Of a stretch of 32,000 nt of DNA, positions 1-9,278 are shown one piece after another. Under the pieces are notes generated by a model that ran no database searches, was not told the DNA's origin, and saw only the letters and a list, made by a program, of their open reading frames with translations. Source of the DNA: Enhydrobacter aerosaccus (lineage in GTDB: Bacteria; Pseudomonadota; Alphaproteobacteria; Reyranellales; Reyranellaceae). A program made the translations under genes and the position numbers. Every line of letters begins with the position of its first letter. Position 1 is the first letter of the stretch. Location: assembly GCF_900167455.1 (NCBI RefSeq), contig NZ_FUWJ01000008.1:153378-185377 (forward strand). The letters run 5' to 3'.

Positions 1-720
1 CCCGAAATCGCAGCACCTGCACCAAGCCCTGTGTCCAGCCTCGCAAATCTGGGCTTGGCGCCATCCATGATATCATCGGCCCAGGATCAGAAGCTTGCCT
101 TCCTGAATGCCGCTCCCGACCGGCGCACCGTGTCGCCGGATCGGATAGTGGCGCCGGCGTCGCCGAACATCCTTCAGGCGGGCGCCGTGATCCCGGCCGC
201 GCTGATCACCGGCATCCGCTCGGACCTTCCCGGTCAGATCATCGCGCAGGTCACGGAGAACATCCATGACAGTCCGACCGGTCGCATTTTGCTCGTGCCC
301 CAGGGCACGCGCATCATCGGCCAATACGACAGCAATGTGCAGTTCGGCCAAGGACGCGTCTTGCTGGTCTGGAACCGGCTGATATTCCCGAACGGCCGGT
401 CGATCGTCCTCGAGCGGCAGCCCGGCGCCGACGCCGAGGGTTATGCCGGCCTTCAGGACGGCGTCGACTATCATTGGTGGGATCTCGCCAAGGCGGCAGG
501 CCTGTCAACCTTGCTCAGCATCGGCGCCGAGCTGGCCACCAACAACGACGATGCGCTGATCCGGGCGATCCGCAACGGCGGTCAGGACACGATCAATGAT
601 GCCGGCCAGCAGATCATCCGGCGGCAGCTCAACGTCGCACCGACGTTGACCATCCGGCCAGGTTTTCCCGTGCGCATCATCGTCACGCGGGACTTGGTCC
701 TCGAACCGTTTGGAGGCTAG
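1..720 (+). CDS. trbI: Conjugal transfer protein TrbI (VirB10 family), C-terminal portion; 5' end lies outside the window
   Basis: Frame 1 is open from base 1 into the listed ORF 31..720. The translation (GRILLVPQGTRIIGQYDSNVQFGQGRVLLVWNRLIFPNGRSIVL ... TLTIRPGFPVRIIVTRDLVL) matches my recollection of the conserved TrbI/VirB10 C-terminal region. A DUF2274-like ORF follows 3 nt later, as in trb operons. Confidence 0.85.
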   Translation, partial: PEIAAPAPSPVSSLANLGLAPSMISSAQDQKLAFLNAAPDRRTVSPDRIVAPASPNILQAGAVIPAALITGIRSDLPGQIIAQVTENIHDSPTGRILLVPQGTRIIGQYDSNVQFGQGRVLLVWNRLIFPNGRSIVLERQPGADAEGYAGLQDGVDYHWWDLAKAAGLSTLLSIGAELATNNDDALIRAIRNGGQDTINDAGQQIIRRQLNVAPTLTIRPGFPVRIIVTRDLVLEPFGG

Positions 721-723
721 CCC

Positions 724-981
724 ATGGCCAAGCTGAAGCTTGGACCCCTCGAGAGCGACCGGCCAGTGAAGTTGACCGTTGAACTGCCGGCGGCAGTCCA
801 CCGCGACCTGCTGGCCTATGCCGAGGTGCTAGGACGCGAGACGGGACAGCCGATTGCTGACCCGGTCAAGCTGATTGGGCCGATGCTCGCCCGCTTCATG
901 GCGACGGACCGTGCCTTCGGCAAGGCGCGTAGGCAGGCAGGCCCATCGGGGCCTCAGCTGGGATCGCGCAACGCCGGGTAA
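724..981 (+). CDS. DUF2274-family small protein, the usual last ORF of trbB-I conjugation operons
   Basis: 85 aa. The pattern MAKLKLGPL..PVKLTVELPAAVHRDLLAYAEVLGRETGQ..LIGPMLARFMATDRAF is recalled from DUF2274 proteins downstream of trbI in Tn4371-like ICE/plasmid trb operons. There is a 3-nt gap after the trbI stop. Confidence 0.65.
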   Translation: MAKLKLGPLESDRPVKLTVELPAAVHRDLLAYAEVLGRETGQPIADPVKLIGPMLARFMATDRAFGKARRQAGPSGPQLGSRNAG

Positions 982-1865
982 CGCTCTCGCAGCAATCTTA
1001 AGAATGGTACCAGGGCAGGATTGTCGTTGTCCTTCGACCAATGCGCCGCATAGCCTATCCGACAGCCGCCCTTGCTGTCGCGGGCTTCGCGATAGACGAC
1101 ACCCGCATAATGCGCGCCAAGACAAGCATCGGAGACTAGGGTCACTCCGTGTCCCAATCCGACAAGCGCCTTGATGTTCGCGTGGCTGACATTGTGCTTG
1201 ACCACCCTGGGGCGGTCACCGGGTGTTGCAAGGTTGGCAATCAGCAGGTCGTGGACGTCGGGACCTGGGTCGTGCTCCCCGATCAGGAAAGTTTCGCCTC
1301 TGAGATCGCCCCAGCTTACGACATCCTGTGAGGCAAGCGGATGATCCGTCGGCAAGGCGACGAGTATCCGCTCGCTCCATAGTGCCAACGCCTGGCTTTC
1401 AACAAGCGTCGGATTGCCCGTAACGATCGCGACATCGAGCGCATCGATGGCGAGATCGCCGAGCAGACGCTCCCGCGCCGCCTCGACTGTGCGTATCTCC
1501 ACCGCAGGATAGCGTTGCGCATAGTCGAGGAGCGTGGCTCGCAAGCTTCCGGCGGACAATGAATTGTAGAAGCCAAGCCGCAGGCGCCCAGCCTCGCCCC
1601 GGGCAGCAGCCTTGGCGATGCTGATGGTTCCCTCGACCTCTTGCACGACGCGACGTGCGCCCGAGATGAAGGCTGCCCCCGCTACTGTCGGCCGCACGCC
1701 GGCGCGCGAGCGTTCGAACAGAACGACGTCCAAGCCTGCTTCCAGGTCGCGCACACAACGGCTCAGCGTGGACTCCTTCAGGCGTAACGCCTCCGCCGCC
1801 CGGCGCATGCTGCGGTAATCGGCCGCCGCAATGGCGTAGCGCAACTGCCTAAGATCGACCGGCAA
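954..1865 (-). CDS. LysR-family transcriptional regulator
   Basis: 303 aa. N-terminal winged-HTH (LRQLRYAIAAADYRSMRRAAEALRLKESTLSRCVRDLEAGLDVVLFERSRAGVRPT) followed by a LysR substrate-binding fold of typical length. Its 3' end overlaps the DUF2274 ORF by 28 nt, convergently. Confidence 0.9.
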   Translation of the reverse strand: MPVDLRQLRYAIAAADYRSMRRAAEALRLKESTLSRCVRDLEAGLDVVLFERSRAGVRPTVAGAAFISGARRVVQEVEGTISIAKAAARGEAGRLRLGFYNSLSAGSLRATLLDYAQRYPAVEIRTVEAARERLLGDLAIDALDVAIVTGNPTLVESQALALWSERILVALPTDHPLASQDVVSWGDLRGETFLIGEHDPGPDVHDLLIANLATPGDRPRVVKHNVSHANIKALVGLGHGVTLVSDACLGAHYAGVVYREARDSKGGCRIGYAAHWSKDNDNPALVPFLRLLRERYPALRDPS

Positions 1866-2525
1866 TGCCCTTTTCCCTCATGCTGTTTCAATTGCGTAGA
1901 CGCCGGCCGCCATCACAGTCCCAGTCTCCTCGCCGTGGCCGTTGCGGTTGCTTGGGCCGGAACGCGATCATTGCCTCTGCCATGACGAGCAATCCGGCTC
2001 GTTACACAGCAGCGTGCGCAATCGTGTGGTCCGCTGGCTTGGCGCCTTGAAGATTCTGCCTTTGATACCGGCTGTTCGGCACTCGACCATGGCAATTTCG
2101 TTGCGCACCATGTGAGCCGCCGGACCGTACCTTAAGCCCGACTCGATCGGTCGGAACCCACCGAGGTCGGCGGCGCAGCATTTCGGCTCTGCAAGGCTCT
2201 CTGCAAATCGGCCACGGACCAGTGCGGGTGTTGGATGCCAGCCTTTAGTGATCGCTTCAGGATGTCGGCCCAGATCAGCGACGACGTCACGGATATTCGT
2301 CGACTATGAGCTTCTGAATCGAGCCCTCTAGCGTCGGGCACTTGAAGGCCCACGAGAGCGGACTCCCTTTTGCTGGCGGGAACTCGCGTCTGAAGCAGTG
2401 CAAACCGGCACCACTTCATTCTGGCCCTTTGCCTCCCGGCTGTTGGCGCGCATCTGTGCCGCTTGTCGGAGGTCATGTTGCGTTCGTGCCAACTTCCGAG
2501 GGCATTGGCTCCATCGCCATTTGCG

Positions 2526-3284
2526 CTAGAACCATGCACGGAGGCCTACCGTGAACCGAATCTGTTGGGTCGAGCCGCCGGCTGCGCTGACATAGTCGGC
2601 AGTCGCGCCGTATTGGCCCAAATAGGTAATGCCGACATAGGGCGCGAACTCGCGCGTAATCTCGTAGCGCAGGCGCAGCCCCGCGTCGAGTTCCGACAGG
2701 CCGGCGCCAACCAATCGCGCTGGATCATCCTTGGTGTAGAAATTCATTTCGAGTTGCGGCTGCAGGATGAGGCGTTGCGTGATCAACAGGTCGTAGCTGG
2801 CCTCCAGCCTGGCCGCGAGATGGCCTTCGCCGCTGACGTAGCCTATGGCCGAGACCTTGAAGAACTGGGGCGCCAGCCCCTGGATGCCGATCGCGCCCCA
2901 GCCGCGGCTCGGCGCGGAGTCCAGATCGTATCGGATGCCGACGAGAGCGTCGAAGTAAGTGGTGATCGCCCGGCCGTAGAGGAGCTGCTGGATACCGTCA
3001 TCCAGTTCGTTGTTGGTGAACCTTCCTTCGCTGAGCAGCCATACCCGGTTCTCGTCCGTGCCCAGCCACCCTTGCGCTGACCACCGGAAGGTGTTGCCTT
3101 CGGCGAAGCCGAACCGCCCTTCGAGCTGGTCGAACAACAGATGGGCAAAGATGGCCTGATCCAACATCTTCGGCATGCTGTGCGGCTGTCCCTGGTCGGC
3201 GGCAGGTGTCTGCTGGGCGTGGGCGCCGCCCGCGAAAATGGCGACCATAAGAGCAGCGCAGAGAGCGGCGACGAGCTTCTTCAT
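2526..3284 (-). CDS. pcoB: Copper resistance outer-membrane protein CopB/PcoB family
   Basis: I chose the internal ATG at 3284 (MKKLVAALCAALMVAIFAGGAHA signal peptide). It overlaps the upstream oxidase stop in an ATGA. The listed 352-aa ORF start would run 300 nt into the oxidase gene. Beta-barrel-like alternating sequence with a terminal F (...FTVGLRAWF), plus the CopB-like LFDQLE and WLGTD..R.W segments. Confidence 0.85.
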   Translation of the reverse strand: MKKLVAALCAALMVAIFAGGAHAQQTPAADQGQPHSMPKMLDQAIFAHLLFDQLEGRFGFAEGNTFRWSAQGWLGTDENRVWLLSEGRFTNNELDDGIQQLLYGRAITTYFDALVGIRYDLDSAPSRGWGAIGIQGLAPQFFKVSAIGYVSGEGHLAARLEASYDLLITQRLILQPQLEMNFYTKDDPARLVGAGLSELDAGLRLRYEITREFAPYVGITYLGQYGATADYVSAAGGSTQQIRFTVGLRAWF

Positions 3285-5167
3285 GATATGCGCACCTCGC
3301 GCATCATGCCGAGCTCCATGTGGTAGAGGAGGTGGCAGTGGAAGGCCCACCGGCCAGGCTCGTCGGCGCTCACCAGGAAGCTCAGCTTCTCGCCAGGCTT
3401 GACCAGGATGGTGTGCTTGTAGGGGCGATAGTCGCTCTGCCCGTTCTCCAGCTCGCTCCACACGCCATGCAGGTGCATGGGATGATCCATCATCGTGTCG
3501 TTGATCAAGGTGAAGCGCACGCGCTCGCCGAGCTTCAGCATGATCGGCGCGGCATCCGAGAACTTGATGCCGTCGAGGCTCCACATGAAGCGTTCCATGT
3601 TGCCCGTCAGGTGCAGCACGATCTCGCGCGTCGGTGGCCGCAGATCGTTGCCGCGTTTGGCGTTGCGCAGATCGCTGAGCAGCAGCACACGGCGGCCGTT
3701 ACCGTCGAGACCATCTCCGGCTTCTGAGAGACGCGACTTCGGCGCCATCGCGACATTGTCGACGCCGACCCGGCCTTCAAGCTGGGACGCGGTATTTGCC
3801 GCCGACATATCAACCATCGATCCCTGGCTCGGCATTGCGCTGCCCGCGCCCGGCATGCCTCCGTGCGCGCTGTGGTCCTGCGGGGTGACAGCGTTTGGTC
3901 CCGGCTCCATGCCCGGCATCGAGTGCTGCATTCCAGGCATCGCAGCTTGGTTCCCCGCCGGCATAGTGTGGCCGGCGTGAGGGTTACTCGATGCCGCCGG
4001 CACCGCATCACTGGGTGCCGTTCCACCATGCGCGCCGTGCCCAGCCGCACCGTGCTCCATTCCCATGTCGGCCATCGTGCGCATAGGCCGAGGGTCCATC
4101 GGCGGTACTGCCGCGCTCATGCCCGACCGTGGGGCCAAGGTGCCGCGGGCGTAGCCCGTGCGATCCTGGGCTTGGGCGAAGATCGTGTAGGCTTGCGCCT
4201 CGCGCGGCTCAACGATCACGTCGTACGTCTCGCCCGGACCGATGCGGAATTCATCGACTGTCACCGGCACGATGTCGTTGCCGTCGGTCTGTACCACCGT
4301 CATCGGCAAGCCGGGGACGCGCACGTCGAAGATGCTCATGGTCCCGGCGTCGATGAAGCGCAGCCGCACGCGCTCGCCCGGGTGAAACAGCGCCGTCCAG
4401 TTGGCGGCTGGCGGCCGGCCGTTCATGAGATAGGTGTAGGTGGCACCCGACACGTCGAGGATATCGGTGGGGGCCATGCGCATATTGCCCCACATCAACC
4501 GATCCGACACCGTTGCACCGAGACCGCTGCGGCGGATGTCGTCGATAAACGTCCCCAATGTCCGCTGGCCATAGTTGTAATAGGTGCTCTGGAACTTGAG
4601 GTTGCTGATGATTGCAAGCGGGCTCTCGTCGCTCCAGTCCGACAGCACGACGACATAGTCGCGATCGAAGCGTTGCGCGAAGCCTCCCTTGGGCTCGATA
4701 ACCAGCGAGCCATAGACGCCGGTCTGCTCCTCAGGGCCATGCGCGTGATACCAGTAGGTGCCACTCTGGCGGAGCGCGTACCGATACACGAAGGTCTCAC
4801 CCGGGGCGATGCCGTTGAAGCTGAAGCCCGGCACACCGTCCATGGGGGACGGAATGCGCAACCCATGCCAATGGATCGATGTCGTGAAGGCCAGCCGATT
4901 AGTAACAGCGAGTGTGACCGTATCACCCTCGCGAAAGCGCAGCGTGGGTCCCGGAACCTGCCCGTTGATGGCGGTGGCGGTCATCGTCCGACCGGTGACG
5001 TTGAAGCGCAGAGGTGCAATTTCGAGCTGGAATTCGGTACCGCTCAGCACCGAGGGCGACGCGGCCGACGCGCTCCAAGGAGGCAGCGCCGTGGCAGCGC
5101 CCGCAGCCGCAATGCCCTGGACGAAACGACGACGGCCGACAGGTGGCTTGGAAGGATGGCCTGCCAT
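3281..5167 (-). CDS. pcoA: Periplasmic multicopper oxidase of the CopA/PcoA copper-resistance type (Tat-exported)
   Basis: 628 aa. Twin-arginine leader (GRRRFVQGIAAAGAA), copper-ligand motifs HWHG, WYHAH, HPMHLHG and HCHLLYHMELGMM, and an internal Met/His-rich insert (MDPRPMRTMADMGMEHGAAGHGAHGG...MPGMQHSMPGM). Confidence 0.93.
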   Translation of the reverse strand: MAGHPSKPPVGRRRFVQGIAAAGAATALPPWSASAASPSVLSGTEFQLEIAPLRFNVTGRTMTATAINGQVPGPTLRFREGDTVTLAVTNRLAFTTSIHWHGLRIPSPMDGVPGFSFNGIAPGETFVYRYALRQSGTYWYHAHGPEEQTGVYGSLVIEPKGGFAQRFDRDYVVVLSDWSDESPLAIISNLKFQSTYYNYGQRTLGTFIDDIRRSGLGATVSDRLMWGNMRMAPTDILDVSGATYTYLMNGRPPAANWTALFHPGERVRLRFIDAGTMSIFDVRVPGLPMTVVQTDGNDIVPVTVDEFRIGPGETYDVIVEPREAQAYTIFAQAQDRTGYARGTLAPRSGMSAAVPPMDPRPMRTMADMGMEHGAAGHGAHGGTAPSDAVPAASSNPHAGHTMPAGNQAAMPGMQHSMPGMEPGPNAVTPQDHSAHGGMPGAGSAMPSQGSMVDMSAANTASQLEGRVGVDNVAMAPKSRLSEAGDGLDGNGRRVLLLSDLRNAKRGNDLRPPTREIVLHLTGNMERFMWSLDGIKFSDAAPIMLKLGERVRFTLINDTMMDHPMHLHGVWSELENGQSDYRPYKHTILVKPGEKLSFLVSADEPGRWAFHCHLLYHMELGMMREVRIS

Positions 5168-5775
5168 CAGTGCCCACCCCCAGCTGTCACTGATTGGATG
5201 ACGTACATGCCGTCAGGACTCCGATCCATCATGAAGTTGACGCGCGCCCCGGGTTTCAGCGCGCTCAAATCGACAGAGGGAGCCACAGCGAAGTCCATGG
5301 TCATGGCCGGCCAGCCGATCGCCGGAATCGCATTGTGGCTCAGATTGACCTTGCGGCTCGCGGGATCGACCGCGTTGACCGTGCCGGTGCCCTGGACGTG
5401 TGCCGCTTGTGCCATTTGTGGGGCGGCGGCCGGCGAAGGGGTCACGCTCGGCGTTGCACCATGGCCCATCTTGCTGTGATCCATGGTGCTCTGGCCAGCC
5501 GTCGTGATTGACGCGTTGGCCATCGTTGAAGTGGCCTGGTGGGACATCCCAGTCATCGACGTATGAGCCGCGGAGGCGGCTTGTACCATGCCATATCCCT
5601 CGCCCTCGCCCGCCGATCCAACGATGTGGGGAATGCGCGACGAGGCTCCTAGATCGACTGTCGGGGGTGCATTGTCAGATCCCGCTGTCAGAGCGACCGG
5701 GCTGGTGCTGGCACAAGCCGTTGCCAGGAGCAGGAGAGTGGCCGCTGACGGCGCGAGGAAGCAACTGATTCTCAT
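5167..5775 (-). CDS. Periplasmic copper-binding protein with a C-terminal CusF-like domain and a Met/His-rich N-terminal region (possible lipoprotein)
   Basis: Start chosen at ATG 5775 (MRISCFLAPSAATLLLLATAC, signal/lipobox-like). The C-terminus has the CusF signature (VNLSHNAIPAIGWPAMTMDFAV...LKPGARVNF). The stop overlaps the oxidase ATG (ATGA). Confidence 0.7.
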   Translation of the reverse strand: MRISCFLAPSAATLLLLATACASTSPVALTAGSDNAPPTVDLGASSRIPHIVGSAGEGEGYGMVQAASAAHTSMTGMSHQATSTMANASITTAGQSTMDHSKMGHGATPSVTPSPAAAPQMAQAAHVQGTGTVNAVDPASRKVNLSHNAIPAIGWPAMTMDFAVAPSVDLSALKPGARVNFMMDRSPDGMYVIQSVTAGGGH

Positions 5776-6481
5776 AGGACTTTTACCAACGGTCCGGACG
5801 TCTGTGTCCAAGCAAGTGTTAAGCCCTCTCCTCTGCTGATGGGAGGTGCTACCCGGCGATTGGCAAGTCGATCCCATGGCGTCCCTTCGAAAGGTCCAGA
5901 GCGTATCGACATCGATGCGAAGCTCCTATTCAGCTGAAATCACATCATCGAAAAACATCGCCACAGTCATGCGTTCTCATCATGGGAAACGTAACCGCAG
6001 GCGTCGCAACGACCACAGGCGGGGAAACCCCCGACCGTAGTCTTGAGAAAGAACTTCCCCGTCCAAGGAACATCATCTGGCACAGTCGTAAGCGGCAAAG
6101 CTCATCCTCCAGCGATGCCGCCAAACCGCATCACTTTGTAAAACATTGGAACAAAGAAGCCGTGCACGCTGTCCAATTTGGGACTCCTCTCCACGTCGCA
6201 TATTGGGGAATGCTACGCTGGATTGGTTGGAGCAGGAGCGCCGACACGAATGGCCGATCCGACACAGTTTCGCTGGTCTTTTCGTGCGTCCGCTGGCTTG
6301 AGGGGCTTGGCTGCATCCGCACTTGCTGATCCACCTCATGGCTGTCACGCTGAGAGGAAAGGTGTTCTCTTGTCGGGTTTTACGATGTCGGGTTCGGACC
6401 GCGGCCTGATGACAAGGTCGGTCGGCCACCGCTCAGATGTCCCTTGCCCTAATCGGTGGTGGCCCGTGGACTACCCGTGAC

Positions 6482-7613
6482 ATGGCTGAGCTCGGGTCCG
6501 TTATACGTGGACGCCCGGTAGAGCAGTTTTGGCGAGCGGCACGGGGATTCTGGCGTGGCAACACACGTTGGTATGCTTGGGGACTGATCGCGTTCCTGGT
6601 TGTCTGCGTGATCCTTCAGTTGCTGGTGCAATATCGGCTGAATCTCTGGAATCGAGATTTCTTCAACGCTCTTGGTCGGCGTGACGGCAGCGAAATCTGG
6701 CAACAGGCTCGCGCAGTGTTGAGCTTGGTCGCCCAAAGTGTCGTTCTGGCGATCGCTGCTGTCTGGGGCCGCATGAGTTTTCAGCGCCGGTGGCGCGCTT
6801 GGCTGACCTCACGGCTGATCTTGAACTGGTTTTCTGTGGGCGGCGAGGGTGATGACAAGGCCGGTGAGAGCGAGCCGCAATTCATCGAATACCGCATCGC
6901 CGACGATGCCCGGATTGCCACGGATGCCCCGATCGATTTTGCCGTCGGGCTTCTTGCCTCCGTGCTGACTGCGGGCACGTTCGCAGCGGTCCTATGGAAT
7001 GTCGGCGGCTCCCTCAGCCTCGCCCCTTTTGGCATTGAGGCGCAGGTGCCAGGTTATTTGGTCCTCGCAGCGGTGCTGTACGCTGCCTCGACAACGACGG
7101 CAATGATGGTAATCGGCGGCAATATGGCTTCCGTCATCGAACGGAAAAGCCAAGCCGAGTCCGAGTTCAAGTTTGCGGTTGCGCGCTTGCGTGAGAATTT
7201 GATGAGCCGTCGGGGGCCAGCGACCAGCAGTCCCGACAAGGCCTTGGTGGTGCCCCGTCGAGACAAGCCTGAAGCAGGTCATTTCCCAATGGCGTCGCCT
7301 CTGCGGTCAGCACATGCGGACCACCCTTGTATCCCATGGCAACTCCCTCCTGGCGCCGTTGATGGGACTTCTCCTTTGTGTACCGAACTACGTCCATGGG
7401 CCCATGCAGCTGGGCGAGATGACCCAATCGGCGGGCGCTTTCGTTGCCGTGCAGGGAGCATTCAATTGGTTGGTGGACAATTATCCTCGACTGGCGGACT
7501 GGGTGTCGTCTGCCGGCCGGGTCGGCGTCCTCTTGGCAAGTCTCGAAGATGCGCACCCTGCTATCGAACGAGTTCCCACTCAGCAGCAGAAGCAGAGGGA
7601 ATATCCAGCCTGA
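6482..7613 (+). pseudogene. SbmA/BacA-like (ABC-transmembrane type 2, no ATPase domain) inner-membrane transporter, reading frame broken
   Basis: Frame 2 from ATG 6482 gives an SbmA/BacA-like N-terminus (FWRAARGFWRG...LNLWNRDFFNALGRRD...ESEFKFAVARLREN). The matching C-terminal part (SLKQVISQWRRL...PMQLGEMTQSAGAFVAVQGAFNWLVDNYPRLADWVSSAGRV) is in frame 3 and ends at 7613. Frame 2 continues as Arg/Pro/Gly-rich nonsense to 7714. The frame switch lies between about 7200 and 7270. Confidence 0.6.
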
Positions 7614-7883
7614 TCTTCTTGTACTCACATTCGCCAGAGGGTTTGGCGCAGCGATCGGCAACTTGGCAGGGGCAGCTCTTCAGACTCCGGTGCTCGGTAC
7701 GGGGCCTCTCCTGATAGTGACTTGGCCGCCGACCACCGCAGCAACACGCGTCCTGCTGGCTGCGTCGATGCATCTCGATCAACGCCTTTCCCTACCAGCA
7801 CGTGGCTGTCGAAAGAGCACATCACACCAGGGAGGACTCGCTTGAGTACTGCCGAGCCATTTGGAGAAGGCGAGGTCCCCCCG

Positions 7884-8249
7884 ATGGTGGCCGCGATCCT
7901 GAACGAAGTAATTGCAGGGCTGCACACGCTGGTGACGACGGGCCAGCCGACGACAATCGATCTGCGGCGCTTGCCGCTGCTTCCGTACGATTTGCAACGC
8001 CTTCGCGGTATCCTTGGAAAAGGCGAAGTGGCGATCGAGGTAAGTGCTCTCGGCGCAACGCGTATTCAAGAAACCTCGCTGGCAGCCGTATGGTGGATCG
8101 ACCATTCAAACGACCTTGGTGATCATCTCTGGTCTACAGTCGAGATGGCTTTCGTCCCAACCCTGCTGCCGGCGACCATCGAGGAGGCGAGCGAAGCAGC
8201 CGACAAGCTGCAGGCCAAGCTGGAAACCTGGGCACAACCGTATCAGTAA
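7884..8249 (+). CDS. HupH/HyaF-like hydrogenase accessory protein, single domain
   Basis: From ATG 7884: ILNEVIAGLHTLVTTGQPTTIDLRRLPLLPYDLQRLRGILGKGEVAIEVSALGATRIQETSLAAVWWIDH...VEMAFVPTLL. By eye this parallels the repeated domain of E. coli HyaF/HupH as I remember it (INLTQLPISEADRLFLSRLCGPGNIQIR...). The start is uncertain because the ORF is open from 7722. Confidence 0.5.
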   Translation: MVAAILNEVIAGLHTLVTTGQPTTIDLRRLPLLPYDLQRLRGILGKGEVAIEVSALGATRIQETSLAAVWWIDHSNDLGDHLWSTVEMAFVPTLLPATIEEASEAADKLQAKLETWAQPYQ

Positions 8250-8252
8250 CGC

Positions 8253-9278
8253 TCAGCAGATCCTCGGCAAGGGATCGTGTTCGAGTTCCTCGATCAGGCG
8301 TTCACCCAATTCGGTCCTGAGTGTTACATAGCTCTCGGTCGTGATGGAGCCGACGATCGCTGCGTCTGGGCATCCGTGTTGCTGCATCGCCGCCAGTGAT
8401 CGTTCAGCTGCAGCGGGCGCTACGACAGCGACTAGCCGACCCTCACTGGGAAGGATCAACGGATCAAAGCCAAGTATCTCGCAGACGCCTTTGGCCGCTT
8501 CGCTTACGGGAATATTCTGCTCATCCAGTCGAACACCGCAGCCAGTGCCGCGCAGGATATCGTGAGCGACGGTCGCAAGGCCGCCCCGTGTGGGATCCCG
8601 CATGAAGCGCAGGCCGGGGACATCTATGAGGGCCATCGCCACTCCGACCAAGCAGCCACAATCCGAGCGCAGATTCCCCGTCAGCCCGAATTCCTGCCGA
8701 GCCAGCAGCACCGCTGCGCCGTGGTCGCCGATGGTTCCACTGACCAGCAGCCTGTCGCCCACTCGAATGTGTTCGAGGCCAAGTTTCGGCGTACGTCCCC
8801 GCACGCCGACGCCGGCCATGCCGAGATAAAGGCCGCTTCCTTCGCCCTGACGGAGAACCTTCGTATCGCCGGCGACGATCGCGGCGCCGGCAGCATGGGC
8901 GGCTCGAGCGGCATCGGCCACCAGTCGATCCAGGAGGCGGATTTCTAAGCCTTCTTCGATGAAGGCGTTCAAGGTGAGGTAGAGTGGCCTCGCGCCCATG
9001 ACCGCGAGATCGTTCGCGGTGCCGTTTACGGCGAGGCTGCCGATGCTTCCGCCAGGGAATTCCAGCGGCTCGACGATGAAACCGTCGGTCGTCATCACCA
9101 ACTCGCCGTTCACCGGGCTCAGCGGCGCGGCATCAACCGTGGTGTTCAAATCATCGCCAAAATGGAAGGCAAAGATGCCCTCGACCAGGTCACGAGTCAG
9201 ACGTCCTCCATTGCCATGGGCCAGACTCACCGTTTGCTGGAGCAGTTCATGGCGTAGCTTGTGAAGATCATTGTCCAT
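8253..9278 (-). CDS. hypE: Hydrogenase maturation protein HypE (carbamoyl dehydratase)
   Basis: Start taken at ATG 9278 (MDNDLHKLRHELLQQTVSLAHGNGGRLT). AIR-synthase-like fold pattern and the diagnostic C-terminal PRIC. Overlaps the hypF stop by 11 nt. Confidence 0.92.
   Translation of the reverse strand: MDNDLHKLRHELLQQTVSLAHGNGGRLTRDLVEGIFAFHFGDDLNTTVDAAPLSPVNGELVMTTDGFIVEPLEFPGGSIGSLAVNGTANDLAVMGARPLYLTLNAFIEEGLEIRLLDRLVADAARAAHAAGAAIVAGDTKVLRQGEGSGLYLGMAGVGVRGRTPKLGLEHIRVGDRLLVSGTIGDHGAAVLLARQEFGLTGNLRSDCGCLVGVAMALIDVPGLRFMRDPTRGGLATVAHDILRGTGCGVRLDEQNIPVSEAAKGVCEILGFDPLILPSEGRLVAVVAPAAAERSLAAMQQHGCPDAAIVGSITTESYVTLRTELGERLIEELEHDPLPRIC

Larger units (their letters stand above)
1..981 (+). 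mobile_element. Distal end of a Trb-type conjugative T4SS module (ICE or conjugative plasmid backbone); element boundaries not visible in this window
   Basis: trbI 3' end plus DUF2274. The downstream region is a mosaic of metal-resistance and hydrogenase cargo. No integrase, att site or tRNA was seen, so the extent is unknown. Confidence 0.5.

Noticed and set aside
1866-2525. Possible gene remnants between the LysR gene and copB (for example the minus ORF 2132..2539, and a downstream out-of-frame piece reading YGPAAHMVRNEIAMVECRTAGIKGRIF)
   Set aside because: There is no intact ORF with a recognisable domain, and the fragments sit in different frames. They might be a degraded gene, but I cannot name a family, so no feature was called.
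3285-3584. N-terminal 100-aa extension of the CopB ORF (listed start 3584)
   Set aside because: The extension overlaps the oxidase C-terminus and is Arg/Pro-rich. The internal ATG at 3284 gives a clean signal peptide and an ATGA coupling junction.
3863-5479. 538-aa plus-strand ORF, one of the longest in the track
   Set aside because: It is antisense to the well-supported multicopper oxidase and CusF-like genes. The translation is Arg/His/Gly-rich with no domain signature, a typical shadow ORF of high-GC DNA.
7614-7714. Read-through of the frame-2 ORF 6437..7714 as one intact 425-aa protein
   Set aside because: After about residue 255 the frame-2 translation loses all hydrophobic helices and family similarity. 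Frame 3 carries the expected C-terminal TM and conserved segments, so I called it a frameshifted gene instead.
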